This document shows positions 18,673-28,366 of a stretch of DNA of 64,000 nt, piece after piece. The stretch's first letter is position 1. Each line of letters starts with the position of its first letter. The notes beneath the pieces were generated by a model that was given only the letters and a program-made list of their open reading frames with translations, was not told the origin of the DNA and did not search any database. The DNA is from Candidatus Latescibacterota bacterium. Lineage in GTDB: Bacteria > Latescibacterota > UBA2968. The translations under genes were made by a program, and so were the position numbers. The stretch lies in NCBI GenBank assembly GCA_965116885.1, contig OZ220741.1:2464001-2528000 (forward strand), given 5' to 3'.

Positions 18673-19950
18673 TCAGGCCAGTCCTGCACGACGAAGGGCG
18701 TCGGCCATGGCATTGTCGCTTTGAGACTCTTGCGTTTGCTTGGATTTGAATGCGGCCATGTCCTCAATTTCGGCCGTTTGTCTATCTTGTTCTTCAATGG
18801 CGCGCATCGAAAGTGAGATGCGTTTTTTATCCGAATCGATTTCGCGGATCAAGGCTTTGACTTTTTGACCACTCGAAACGACTTCGTTGGGGTTTGAGAT
18901 GCGTTTCCCCGAAACGAACTGCGAGATGTGGATCAGCCCCTCAATACCGGGTTCAATTTCGACAAAGGCACCAAAATTTTGGATTGAAACGACTTTGCCG
19001 GTGATGATGCTGCCCGATTGGTAGCGCTCTGCTACCGTATCCCAGGGATCTTTTTCCAGTGCTTTGATGGAGAGCGATATGCGCTCATTTTTTTTTCCCA
19101 GATTTTTGAGGCCGATTATTTTGACGCGCACTTCTTCGCCTTTTTTTAAGACACTGCGCGGATTTTCTACGCGGGTGTGGCTGATTTCCGAGACGTGTAC
19201 CAGGCCTTCAACGCCTCCGAGGTCAACAAAAGAGCCGAAGCGTTCTATGCGTGTAATGGTTCCCGTTCTTTCTTCACCTTCCGAGAGTTGCTGGCGCATC
19301 TCGTCGGCTTTTTTGCGGTTTTCTTCTTCCAGATAAGCGCGGCGTGAAACGACGACATTGTTGCGTCCCCGCAGTTCAACAATTTTGAAGTTGTGGGTTT
19401 GGCCTGCATACGAAGCCGGGTCGTCGCAATATCCCGTGTCGATTTGCGACATGGGGCAGAATGCGCGAAGGCCGCCGATATTTACCACAAGGCCTCCGGT
19501 GTTGAAGCCAGTGACTTTGCCGGCGATGGGCATGTCGTTTTGATGTGCTTGACGCAGGAGTTGACGGCTGGAAACGCGCAGCGAAAATGCCAGGCGTATT
19601 TCGCCATCGGTGTTGGCGACGAAGGCTTCGATGGTATCGCCAGTTTTATATTTTAATTCGCCCGATTCGTCGCGCAGTTCTTGAATGTCTATTGATCCTT
19701 CACTGCGTCCTCCAAAGTCGATAAATGCTGTGGAGTCACCGATTTCGCGGATGGTTCCGGTGATTTTATCGCCAGTAGAGACTTCGCGGTAATTTTGCTT
19801 ATCGCTTTCTTCGAGCAGTGTGGCAAATTCGGTATCAGGTGTGTCTTCAGCGTATTTTTTGTCGAGTTCTTCGACAGTGGGCGCGTCGTCTGAAGGGGCA
19901 TTGGCTGGTGTATCGCCAGCCGTTTCGCGTGTTGTTTCGGGGGTGCTCAT
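18673..19950 (-). CDS. S1 RNA-binding protein (four S1 domains, short RpsA-like)
   Basis: AFIDFGGRSEG, RAFCPMSQID, FGSFVDLGGVEGLVHVSEIS, FGAFVEIEPGIEGLIHIS; tail NAMADALRRA. Confidence 0.88.
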   Translation of the reverse strand: MSTPETTRETAGDTPANAPSDDAPTVEELDKKYAEDTPDTEFATLLEESDKQNYREVSTGDKITGTIREIGDSTAFIDFGGRSEGSIDIQELRDESGELKYKTGDTIEAFVANTDGEIRLAFSLRVSSRQLLRQAHQNDMPIAGKVTGFNTGGLVVNIGGLRAFCPMSQIDTGYCDDPASYAGQTHNFKIVELRGRNNVVVSRRAYLEEENRKKADEMRQQLSEGEERTGTITRIERFGSFVDLGGVEGLVHVSEISHTRVENPRSVLKKGEEVRVKIIGLKNLGKKNERISLSIKALEKDPWDTVAERYQSGSIITGKVVSIQNFGAFVEIEPGIEGLIHISQFVSGKRISNPNEVVSSGQKVKALIREIDSDKKRISLSMRAIEEQDRQTAEIEDMAAFKSKQTQESQSDNAMADALRRAGLA

Positions 19951-20148
19951 AGTTTGTGACCTGTGGAATTGTTTTTGAGGGACGGGGGTTATTAGGCAGA
20001 ACAAATAATCTATAAAGGATACTGAAAATAAGCAACCAAATTTTCCTCCTCAGGCGGGCGTTTAAATTCACCCCGGTCTTATATCTGCCTTAAAAAAGTG
20101 ACATTTTGATCTGTGTGATGTGTTAAAAAATAAAGCGATGGATTGTTT

Positions 20149-20616
20149 ATGAATGTCGAATTGTTATATCAAAAATACGGTCCCATGGTGTTGCGGCGAT
20201 GCCGGCGGTTGTTGCGAGATGAAGATTGCGCCATGGATGCGATGCAGGATGTGTTTGTGCGGGTATTGCAACGCGGAGATCGTTTGAAAGCGATCTATCC
20301 GTCGAGTTTGCTGTATCGCATTGCGACCAATGTGTGTTTGAATCGCATTCGTGACCAGCGGCTCGATCTGCCGGGCGATGAGGTGTTGATGCATATTGCG
20401 GGGATGGAAGATCCAGAACCTCGATTGGATGCCCGGGCGATGCTGGACCGGCTTTTTGCGCGACATAGAGATTCGACGCGAACAATTGCGGTTTTGCATT
20501 TTGTGGATGGGTTAACATTGGCGGAAGTTGCTCAAGAAGTGGGGATGTCGGTTTCTGGGGTGCGAAAGCGGTTGCGGGGGTTGCGAGAATCGCTGGAGAA
20601 GTTGGAGGAGCTATGA
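20149..20616 (+). CDS. ECF sigma-70 factor
   Basis: LYQKYGPMVLRRCRRLL, DAMQDVF, LYRIATNVCLN, GLTLAEVAQEVGMS. Confidence 0.92.
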   Translation: MNVELLYQKYGPMVLRRCRRLLRDEDCAMDAMQDVFVRVLQRGDRLKAIYPSSLLYRIATNVCLNRIRDQRLDLPGDEVLMHIAGMEDPEPRLDARAMLDRLFARHRDSTRTIAVLHFVDGLTLAEVAQEVGMSVSGVRKRLRGLRESLEKLEEL

Positions 20617-21371
20617 CGAGACAATGCGGTGATTGGGAACTGGAGCGTTTTCGACTGGGTGAATTGCCAGAAGAAGAAATGGAAGCTATTCAAAGGGCGC
20701 TGGATGCGGATCCAGATTTGAGGACGCGTTTGGAGGCATTGGAAGGGTCAGATCGGGAAATTCACATGTCCTATCCGGCTGATTGGGTGGCGCAGCAGGT
20801 GGCGCGGCGTTTGCAGAGACGAGAGGTGCCGAGTATATCGCGGTTCGATCCGCGTTTTGCATTGGTCGCTGTGATTTTGCTGGCCGCTGTTTTTGCGATC
20901 TATTTGCCGGGGCCTGAAGTGCCGCCGACCTGGGATCGAAAAGGTGTGGATGGCATTCGGTTAAAAGGCGTAAAGCCGGATTTGTTGTTGTATCGAAAAA
21001 GGGCGTCTGAGGTTGAACAATTGGCGGATAGCAGTGTGGCTTATGCGGGTGATTTAATTCAGATTTTTTATCGCGCAGCGGGCAAGCCTTTTGGGGTGAT
21101 TGTGTCTGTGGATGGGCGCGGTACTGTGACGCGGCATTTGCCCGCTTCGGGAACAAGTGCCGTGCGGTTGATACAGGGCGATCCCGTGCCGCTGGATTAT
21201 TCTTATGAACTGGATGATGCCCCGAAGTGGGAACGGTTTTATTTTTTGACAGCAGATGCGTCTTTTGATGTGCGCGATGTGACACAAGCGGCAAAGGAAG
21301 GGCTCGATTCATTGCGGGTGGGAAGAGAATTTGAGCAGTTTGCCATTACGCTTTACAAAGGGGGCAGGTGA
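20613..21371 (+). CDS. Single-TM anti-sigma factor with extracytoplasmic DUF4384-like domain
   Basis: ATGA overlap with sigma; LERFRLGELP anti-sigma-type N-terminus, TM, RLKG, GDLIQIFY, VSVDGRG, YELDDAP. Confidence 0.8.
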   Translation: MTRQCGDWELERFRLGELPEEEMEAIQRALDADPDLRTRLEALEGSDREIHMSYPADWVAQQVARRLQRREVPSISRFDPRFALVAVILLAAVFAIYLPGPEVPPTWDRKGVDGIRLKGVKPDLLLYRKRASEVEQLADSSVAYAGDLIQIFYRAAGKPFGVIVSVDGRGTVTRHLPASGTSAVRLIQGDPVPLDYSYELDDAPKWERFYFLTADASFDVRDVTQAAKEGLDSLRVGREFEQFAITLYKGGR

Positions 21372-22933
21372 TGTTGCGCCGATGGACAGTACTGTTGGGG
21401 ATCGGTCTGCTGTTATGTGCTCAGGGAATTGAGGCATCACAAGTTGTGCGGCGTTTTGTGTTGGCGGCTGGTGCAAATTTTGGTGGGGAGAAACGCACGC
21501 CTCTGCGTTATGCCGTATCGGATGCAAAACATTTTGCTCGTGTTTTAAAGATGATGGGTGGGGTTGAATCTGAGGATCAATTTTTGTTGGCCGAGCCGAG
21601 TTTGGAAAATTTTAAACGGGTTTTGGTGGATTTGCAAACCCGGGTCATAAAAGCATCCCAATCGTCGAGTCGCATCGAAGTTGTCCTGTATTATTCCGGG
21701 CATGCCGATGAAAATGGGTTGCTGTTGGGAGAAGATCGGTTGACCTATCGCGCTTTGCGAGATGCAATGAATAGCGTTCAGGCGGATGTGCATATTACTG
21801 TGCTCGATGCGTGTGCTTCGGGTGCTATTACGCGCCTGAAAGGCGGGCAAAGGCAAAAAGCCTTTATGGTCGATACGTCGTCGGATATGCGGGGGTATGC
21901 GTTTTTGACTTCGAGTTCCGAAAATGAGGCTGCACAAGAATCGGATCGCATTCGCGGGTCGTTTTTCACGCATTATCTGGTGTCTGGCTTGCGGGGGGCA
22001 GCAGATGTGACTGGTGATGGTAAGGTGACACTCAGCGAAGCGTATGCGTTTGCATTTCGCAATACGCTGAAGCGAACGGAAAAAACTCAGGGAGGGGCAC
22101 AGCATCCGGCTTATGATATTAAGATGACGGGTACAGGTGATGTGGTGATGACCGATGTGCGAGAGACGTCGGCGAGTTTGATTTTGTCAGATGAGTTGAA
22201 TGGCCGATTTTTTGTGCGTAATTCGCAGGAGCAACTGGTGGCAGAGTTGGACAAGTCCGCCGGGCAAACGCTCGAGTTGGGATTAGAACCCGAGGTTTAT
22301 GACGTTCATTTTGAACAGCGAACGCAATTGTTGCATTCAAAGGTCGCTTTAAAAAGGGGTGAGCGGTTTTTGCTTGAGAATCGGCATTTTCGCTCTCAAG
22401 TGCGCGAAAAAACCACGAGCCGAGGGCCTGCGTTGAGGAAGCCAGCGACCGGGACATCTGCCCGCTATCCACACAGACTATCCGGCAGATGGCGTCTTGA
22501 ACGCAGTAGGGGTGCCTGGCAACTGGGGGATGATAGCAAAGCCTGGATTTTTGGATTCTGGCCCACGGAACATGTTTCGATCAACTATTCTCGTTCGGGA
22601 TTTTCGGTTGCTGACGATACAAAAACGGGTGTGTCATCGGAACTGGTCAGTCTGCGTATTTATATGCCTTTGAATATGTGGCGTTCACCTTTGCGCCCTT
22701 ATGCCGAAGGAGGCGTCGGTCGATACACGGGTAAAGTATTGGATGAGAATGTCGATGAAGTGAATGGGTTGTATTGGGGTGGTGGACTGGATGTGCCGTT
22801 TATGAAGTTTTTTGTTCTGGGTGGACGCATAGGCTATAACCGGTTTGTCGAGCCTTTTGCTGTGCCGGTGGATGGGCAAACGGATTATAGTGGAATGGAG
22901 TACAGCGTGGGGTTGGGGTTGTTGTTATTCTGA
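21368..22933 (+). CDS. Exported caspase-family (C14) protease with C-terminal outer-membrane beta-barrel
   Basis: Signal peptide; LRYAVSDA, YYSGHA (His), LDACASG (Cys), GSFFTHYL; amphipathic strands ending ...GLGLLLF. Confidence 0.85.
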   Translation: MMLRRWTVLLGIGLLLCAQGIEASQVVRRFVLAAGANFGGEKRTPLRYAVSDAKHFARVLKMMGGVESEDQFLLAEPSLENFKRVLVDLQTRVIKASQSSSRIEVVLYYSGHADENGLLLGEDRLTYRALRDAMNSVQADVHITVLDACASGAITRLKGGQRQKAFMVDTSSDMRGYAFLTSSSENEAAQESDRIRGSFFTHYLVSGLRGAADVTGDGKVTLSEAYAFAFRNTLKRTEKTQGGAQHPAYDIKMTGTGDVVMTDVRETSASLILSDELNGRFFVRNSQEQLVAELDKSAGQTLELGLEPEVYDVHFEQRTQLLHSKVALKRGERFLLENRHFRSQVREKTTSRGPALRKPATGTSARYPHRLSGRWRLERSRGAWQLGDDSKAWIFGFWPTEHVSINYSRSGFSVADDTKTGVSSELVSLRIYMPLNMWRSPLRPYAEGGVGRYTGKVLDENVDEVNGLYWGGGLDVPFMKFFVLGGRIGYNRFVEPFAVPVDGQTDYSGMEYSVGLGLLLF

Positions 22934-22945
22934 TTGGAGGGGAAT

Positions 22946-24625
22946 ATGTGCCGAATGATTTTGTACGCGATTGTCATTTGTTTTTTCATTTCTGAAATTG
23001 CGAATGCACAAGAAGATATGTCCAGTCATTTGGGTTATGTAGAGGTTGAATCACTGGATGTGTTCGAGGCCAGGAATGTCACTGTGGATGTGTCTATTGG
23101 ACAGTTGATGTTGAAGCAGGTCGCTGAAAAGGTCAGGAGTAAAAATGAAAAAGTCTGCGAAGCCTTATCAGATCTGAAGCTGGTGCGCGTGCATACTCTG
23201 TCGGTTGGTGAGATTGCAATGCGTATGGACAAAATTGTGCGATATTTAGATGCGATGGGTTGGGAGATAACCGTTCAGTCGTGGAAGAAACACGAGCGCG
23301 TATCGATATATTTCCAGAAGGAAGCGGATGATATTATTGGCCTGTTTGCAATGGTCCATGATCGCAAGGCTGGCACTTTAACGCTGGTCAATGTGGTTGG
23401 CGTTATTCAAGTTGATGAAATGGGAACTGTTGGTCGAGAATTAGAGGTGGAGGCGTTTGGTCGCATTGCTCGTTTATTGCCCGGATATAAACCGCCTGTC
23501 TCCCACATAGCACACCACCGCCTGGGTTCCTGGAAGGCGCATATTCCCCCATTTTCGAATATTTGGCGCGTTGATCACGAAGATTTTTTGGTGCGTTACA
23601 ATCGCGTGGATGGCGTTTTTATTGGCTGGCGCTTGCCATTGAAATATCGCTCCTCGCGCGGGGTGGCACACTATGGCGAAGTGGGGTATGGGTTTGGGAG
23701 TGATCGATGGGATTATCAGGCGGGTGCGGAGTTTTTTTCTTTTTCTGGTGCGTCAAAGGACAACATCGCTGGGCTGGGTTTTGAACTTCACGGGTTGACA
23801 AATACGCAAGATAATTGGCGAATTGATGAGATAGAAAATTCGATTTTTGCCTTTTTGTTGCGGCGCGATTTTAGAGACTATTATCGTCGGGAGGGTGCCA
23901 GTACTTATATTTTTCGGGATTTTGACCGGATGGTAGAGGTTCGGGCACAAGTGGGTGTAGATGTTTTTGAATCGATGCCCAATAGCATTTCCTGGAATCT
24001 ATTTGGCGATCGATGGGGCAGTCGAATGAATTTTCGGCCCAATCCAGAGATTGAGGCCGGGCAAATGCGGGGTGTAATGGGTACACTACAGTTAGATAGT
24101 CGTGCGAGCCGAAGGTCTCGACAGGGATGGCGTTTAATGGCACAGGCTGAGAAGGCAGGTGGTATTTTGGGTGGCGATTTTGATTTTGAACGCTATATCC
24201 TGGATGTGCGCCGCTATCAGTATGCGGGACGTGGAACCCAATTGAATTTGCGCGTTCGCGCGGGTACCGGACGAGGACATGTGCCCGTGCAATTTCTCTA
24301 TCGTCTCGGGGGTCCTTCTTCGCTTAGGGGTTATGGATTGAATGCTTATGAGGGAGATCGCATGGTGTTGTTTAATGCGATTTATTGGGTTGATGGCGAA
24401 GCGCATTTTAGGGATGATTGGCCTCTGGATGATGTTGGCATCGGTGTGTTTTTTGATGCGGGTAAGGCGTGGTTTTCAGATTGGGAGCCTGTTGGTACAC
24501 GGGTTGTGACGAGCGCGGGGTTTGGATTAAAGACCGATAATTTGCGCGTGTTTTTTGCCCGTCCGCTGGATGCGAATGATCCGGTTGATTGGCGGGTTTG
24601 GGTACGGTTTCGGCGGGCTTTTTAG
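22946..24625 (+). CDS. DUF4252-like domain fused to Omp85/BamA-like beta-barrel
   Basis: Signal peptide; LKLVRV..GWE..TLVNVVG; RYNRVDG, LGGPSSLRGY, FFDAGKAW; C-terminal Phe. Confidence 0.72.
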   Translation: MCRMILYAIVICFFISEIANAQEDMSSHLGYVEVESLDVFEARNVTVDVSIGQLMLKQVAEKVRSKNEKVCEALSDLKLVRVHTLSVGEIAMRMDKIVRYLDAMGWEITVQSWKKHERVSIYFQKEADDIIGLFAMVHDRKAGTLTLVNVVGVIQVDEMGTVGRELEVEAFGRIARLLPGYKPPVSHIAHHRLGSWKAHIPPFSNIWRVDHEDFLVRYNRVDGVFIGWRLPLKYRSSRGVAHYGEVGYGFGSDRWDYQAGAEFFSFSGASKDNIAGLGFELHGLTNTQDNWRIDEIENSIFAFLLRRDFRDYYRREGASTYIFRDFDRMVEVRAQVGVDVFESMPNSISWNLFGDRWGSRMNFRPNPEIEAGQMRGVMGTLQLDSRASRRSRQGWRLMAQAEKAGGILGGDFDFERYILDVRRYQYAGRGTQLNLRVRAGTGRGHVPVQFLYRLGGPSSLRGYGLNAYEGDRMVLFNAIYWVDGEAHFRDDWPLDDVGIGVFFDAGKAWFSDWEPVGTRVVTSAGFGLKTDNLRVFFARPLDANDPVDWRVWVRFRRAF

Positions 24626-24669
24626 ATTATAGCACCAATGATGAGAGAAGTCCAAAGGAGGAAGACGCA

Positions 24670-24887
24670 ATGTTTGGTCGCGTTTTGGCTCTTATGATGG
24701 TACTCAGATTGCGTTTGTTTCTGAGCGTGGAGATAATGATGTGATCTATGTGATGAATGCCGATGGCAGCAATCCTATCCAATTGACGCAGAATTATCGC
24801 GATATTGACTATCTCGCCTGGTCCTCTGATGGCTCTGAGATTATCATTTTTTTAGATCGCGATGATGATGACTATGATGACGATTGA
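24670..24887 (+). pseudogene. Remnant of TolB/PD40 beta-propeller gene
   Basis: GGAGG RBS + ATG (MFGRVL...) out of frame with YDGTQIAFVSERGDNDVIYVMNADGSNPIQLT..LAWSSDGSEII*. Confidence 0.7.
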
Positions 24888-25132
24888 TGCCTCATTGGTG
24901 GATACCGGCCAAAGTAAGGTATGAGATGTAGGGGCGCGCTTTTGGAAAGTGGAACGGATCGCATTTTTGAGACAGCGATTGAGATTTTGGTAAAAAAATG
25001 AAAGGAGGAATCAGCTCTCTCTGAAATTCTTCTTCATTCTCGTTGCATCCGCAGTTAAATGTTATTACAATTTGTTGAATTTTCAGATCGTTAAAATATT
25101 TTACTGCACCGCGACAAGAGGGGAAGGAAAAC

Positions 25133-25555
25133 ATGTCACAAAATAATTCTGCTATTGCACCAGAACTCGTCAACCAATTTGTCCAGGATGCCCACGGTGA
25201 CTTCGACAGTGTAAAAAAGCTGCTTGAGAAAGAACCGGCACTCGTCAATTCTTCCTGGGATTGGGGCGGCGGCGACTGGGAAACAGGACTGGGCGCGGCA
25301 GCACACATGGGTCGCAAGGACATTGCCGAGTTTTTGCTGAACAAGGGCGTGCGTATCGATTTGTTTGCGGCGGCCATGCTGGGCAAGCTCGAAATCGTAC
25401 AGGCGGTGGTGAACGACAATCCAGCGGTTGTAAATGAAAAGGGACCACACGGGATCCCGCTGATGATCCATGCCAAAAAGGGAGGCAAGGAAGCCGCAGA
25501 AGTTGTGAAGTTTCTGCAGTCTGTTGGCAATTCGGTCAAGAAAATGAATCGTTAA
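25133..25555 (+). CDS. Small ankyrin-repeat protein
   Basis: AHGDFDSVKKLLE, DWETGLGAAAHMGRKDIAEFLL, AAAMLGKLEIV, GPHGIPL. Confidence 0.85.
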   Translation: MSQNNSAIAPELVNQFVQDAHGDFDSVKKLLEKEPALVNSSWDWGGGDWETGLGAAAHMGRKDIAEFLLNKGVRIDLFAAAMLGKLEIVQAVVNDNPAVVNEKGPHGIPLMIHAKKGGKEAAEVVKFLQSVGNSVKKMNR

Positions 25556-26651
25556 TCAGGCGGCGGACGACTTCGGCGGGGTCGCCAGTGAGGGCGAGGA
25601 GGTCCATTTGTCGTTGTGCCCAGGTGGGTTGGTGAGCCATGTCGAGGACGTGTTTGAGATAGGATACGCAATTGAGTTGTTCGGCCATGGGGAGCAGTTT
25701 TTCGACGAGTTCCTCGGTTATTTGTGGGACTGATTTGAGGTCGTGAGAGGTGGAATCGACCAGTTGTGCATCAATGCCGTATCGGGAGGCGTGCCATTTG
25801 TTTTGACGGATGAGCATGGGGTGGCTGTCGTGTTGATAGATCCCCTGATCGATTTCGTCGGACAGATTGCAAATTAAACACTGTACGAGTGCGACCAATC
25901 CCAATGTGTCTTCAAGAGTGCCGGGGATGTCGCAAATGCGGACTTCAACGGTGCCAAATGCGTGGTGCGGACGCACGTCCCACCAGATTTCTCGGATGGA
26001 TTCGATATAGCCAGTGTCGATGAGGTGGTTGATTAGCCAGACATATTCACTCCAGTTGCGCATTAAGGGGGGTAGCCCAGCAGTGGGGAGGCCCTCCATT
26101 ACTTTTGATCGCCAGGAGTGCAAGCCCGTGACCCGCCCCTCCCAGAATGGGCTGTTACAAGAAAGTGCCAGCAAGACGGGCAAATAGCGCAGTATTCGGT
26201 CGCAGATCATTATGGCTTTGTCACCGCTGTTGACGCCTACGTGTACGTGGAGGCCAAATGTGACCAGTTGTCGGGCGGTGTCCTGGAGCAGGTTGACGAG
26301 GCCCATATATCGATCATTGGGTGTGATTTTTTGTTCGCGCCAGGTGGAAAATGGGTGCGTGCCGGACCAGTAGAGTTGGACATTCTCGGCGGCCGCTACG
26401 CTGGATAGTGTCTGGAGTTTGGGCTTGAGATCGGCTTCTACATGGCTGACACTTTCACATATATCGGTGTTGATTTCGACATAACACTGCATTAGTTCGG
26501 GCTTGATTTTGTCGGCATATTCGTCGGGAATGCGATTGAGTATCGCGGCGTTTTTGCTGCACAAAGCCATGGTGTTGGCATCGACCAGAGCCAGTTCTAT
26601 TTCCACGCCGAGGGTGGGTTGAATACTGGGATTAAATTCAAGTCGGGTCAT
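25536..26651 (-). CDS. YbdK-family carboxylate-amine ligase (GCS2)
   Basis: TLGVEIEL, ELMQCYVEINT, GTHPF, FGLHVHVG, WWDVRP, GTVEVRICD. Confidence 0.92.
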   Translation of the reverse strand: MTRLEFNPSIQPTLGVEIELALVDANTMALCSKNAAILNRIPDEYADKIKPELMQCYVEINTDICESVSHVEADLKPKLQTLSSVAAAENVQLYWSGTHPFSTWREQKITPNDRYMGLVNLLQDTARQLVTFGLHVHVGVNSGDKAIMICDRILRYLPVLLALSCNSPFWEGRVTGLHSWRSKVMEGLPTAGLPPLMRNWSEYVWLINHLIDTGYIESIREIWWDVRPHHAFGTVEVRICDIPGTLEDTLGLVALVQCLICNLSDEIDQGIYQHDSHPMLIRQNKWHASRYGIDAQLVDSTSHDLKSVPQITEELVEKLLPMAEQLNCVSYLKHVLDMAHQPTWAQRQMDLLALTGDPAEVVRRLINDSFS

Positions 26652-27858
26652 GGCAGTCTCCGTTCTTTTTTCGCGAGGGATCGAAATAGTTGACGACGCT
26701 GCGCGCGAGTATTTTGGCACCTATGACCAGGGCGCGTTCATCAATGTCGAAGTCGGGTGCATGCAAGGGCGGGGCACTTCCCCGGGGGGGCATGCACCCC
26801 AGGCGAAACAGGCTGCCGGGCACATGGTCGAGATAATTGGCAAAGTCTTCGCCTCCCATGCTCGGTCTGGCGATGGTTTGAACGTGTGTTTGGCCCAATA
26901 GATCAATGGCATTTTGGCGGATCAGTTCGGTGAGTGCGGGGTCGTTATTGACCGATGAGGGGCCGGTGAGAAAGCGGACATCGATTTCTGTGTCGGTGAG
27001 ATTGGCCATGCCATTGGCAATCTTGAGAATGTGGTCCATGGCATGGGCTTGAGAACTGCCACTGAGGGTGCGAAGGGTGCCTCGAAGCAGAGCCTGGGCG
27101 GGTATGACGTTGGGATTTTCGCCCGCAGAGATATGCCCAATTGATATGACAATCGGGTCGTAGGTATCTACATTGCGAGGCAATGATTGATAAAGTGCTG
27201 TGATGACCTGAGCGGCAGCGACGATGGGGTCTCGCGTTTCCAGGGGGCGAGCGGCATGTCCGCCCCGGCCCTGGATGCAAATTTCTATTTCGGCACAATT
27301 GGCTGTGAGCACGCCCTTGCGTATGCCCACAGTGCCTGCTGGACGCGAGGGATCGAGGTGAAGGCTGAGCAGGCCACAGACGTTTTTGAGAGCACCAAAG
27401 GCGATCATGTCTTTGGCGCCCTGGTTGGTTTCTTCAGCAGGTTGAAAGATGGCGCGCCAGTGTACAGGCCAGGGCAATACCCGGTCGCATTCCAGAAGGC
27501 CCAGAACAGCACCGAGTACTGTGGCTGTATGACCATCGTGTCCGCAGGCGTGCATCACGCCCGGTACGCGACTGCGGTAGGGCGCATTTTTGGCATCTTG
27601 TATGCGAAGTGCGTCAATGTCGGCTCGCAGGCCTATACGCGTGTTTTTCGATGTATTGTCGGCTATGACGCCACAGCCTCTGGGACCCGTCTTTACATGG
27701 CATCCGGTTTGTTGTAACAATTTGACGAGATAGTGCGTGGTTTCCACTTCGCGACCGCTGGGTTCGGGATACATGTGCAGATCGCGGCGGACGCGTACAA
27801 TTTTTTTGCGTTGTGCGTCAATGGCACGGTCGAGTTTTTGTGTCCAGGTGTTGGGCAT
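26638..27858 (-). CDS. M20D amidohydrolase
   Basis: RRDLHMYPE, LRADIDAL, MHACGHDGH, FQPAEE, GGHAARP, MGGEDF. Confidence 0.93.
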   Translation of the reverse strand: MPNTWTQKLDRAIDAQRKKIVRVRRDLHMYPEPSGREVETTHYLVKLLQQTGCHVKTGPRGCGVIADNTSKNTRIGLRADIDALRIQDAKNAPYRSRVPGVMHACGHDGHTATVLGAVLGLLECDRVLPWPVHWRAIFQPAEETNQGAKDMIAFGALKNVCGLLSLHLDPSRPAGTVGIRKGVLTANCAEIEICIQGRGGHAARPLETRDPIVAAAQVITALYQSLPRNVDTYDPIVISIGHISAGENPNVIPAQALLRGTLRTLSGSSQAHAMDHILKIANGMANLTDTEIDVRFLTGPSSVNNDPALTELIRQNAIDLLGQTHVQTIARPSMGGEDFANYLDHVPGSLFRLGCMPPRGSAPPLHAPDFDIDERALVIGAKILARSVVNYFDPSRKKNGDCHDPT

Positions 27859-28023
27859 GCTCCTAAAAATACTGATAATTTTTTTTTGCGCTATAAATTG
27901 TTTTAAGTGGTTAACAGGCTCCTGGATACCTGTTTTCTCTTGACTTCCTGTTGTGTATGGTTGAAATTAGGTCGTCATTTTTGTAGTAATAGATAACCGT
28001 AGATTATTTCTAAGGAGCGTGTT

Positions 28024-28257
28024 ATGTGGCGACGACAAGAAGCAAATCGCGATTTTTTTTGGATTGGAGTCGTAGTTGGCCTTGCTGCTGTTGGCCTCGC
28101 CGTTGTGGGATTTTTGCTGGGAACGGAAATGGGGCGAAATACGCGCACGAGATTGGGACAGACCGTTCAGCGCGTGCGTAGCCGTATCAATGGTTCGGCA
28201 GAATCCAATGGCTCAACAGAATCCAAGGAGTCACCTGCTGAAGAATATATAGATTAA
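28024..28257 (+). CDS. Small membrane-anchored protein (YtxH-like)
   Basis: AAGGAG RBS; FWIGVVVG TM then GRNTRTRL. Confidence 0.65.
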   Translation: MWRRQEANRDFFWIGVVVGLAAVGLAVVGFLLGTEMGRNTRTRLGQTVQRVRSRINGSAESNGSTESKESPAEEYID

Positions 28258-28318
28258 AAAGAATCCCGGGTGTGTTTCTGGATTGAACTGCCCGAGTGGT
28301 TAACCGATAAGAGGTGAG

Positions 28319-28362
28319 ACGCAAGAAGTAAAACGCGAGGGCGTTTTACTTCTTGCGTTTTT
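28319..28362 (+). terminator. Intrinsic terminator
   Basis: ACGCAAGAAGTAAAACGC-GAGG-GCGTTTTACTTCTTGCGT followed by TTTT. Confidence 0.8.
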
Positions 28363-28366
28363 ATAT

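Noticed and set aside
20095..20126. Possible ECF autoregulatory promoter GTGACA...GTGTTA
   Set aside because: Plausible, but the motif for this ECF group is unknown to me and I found no second copy.
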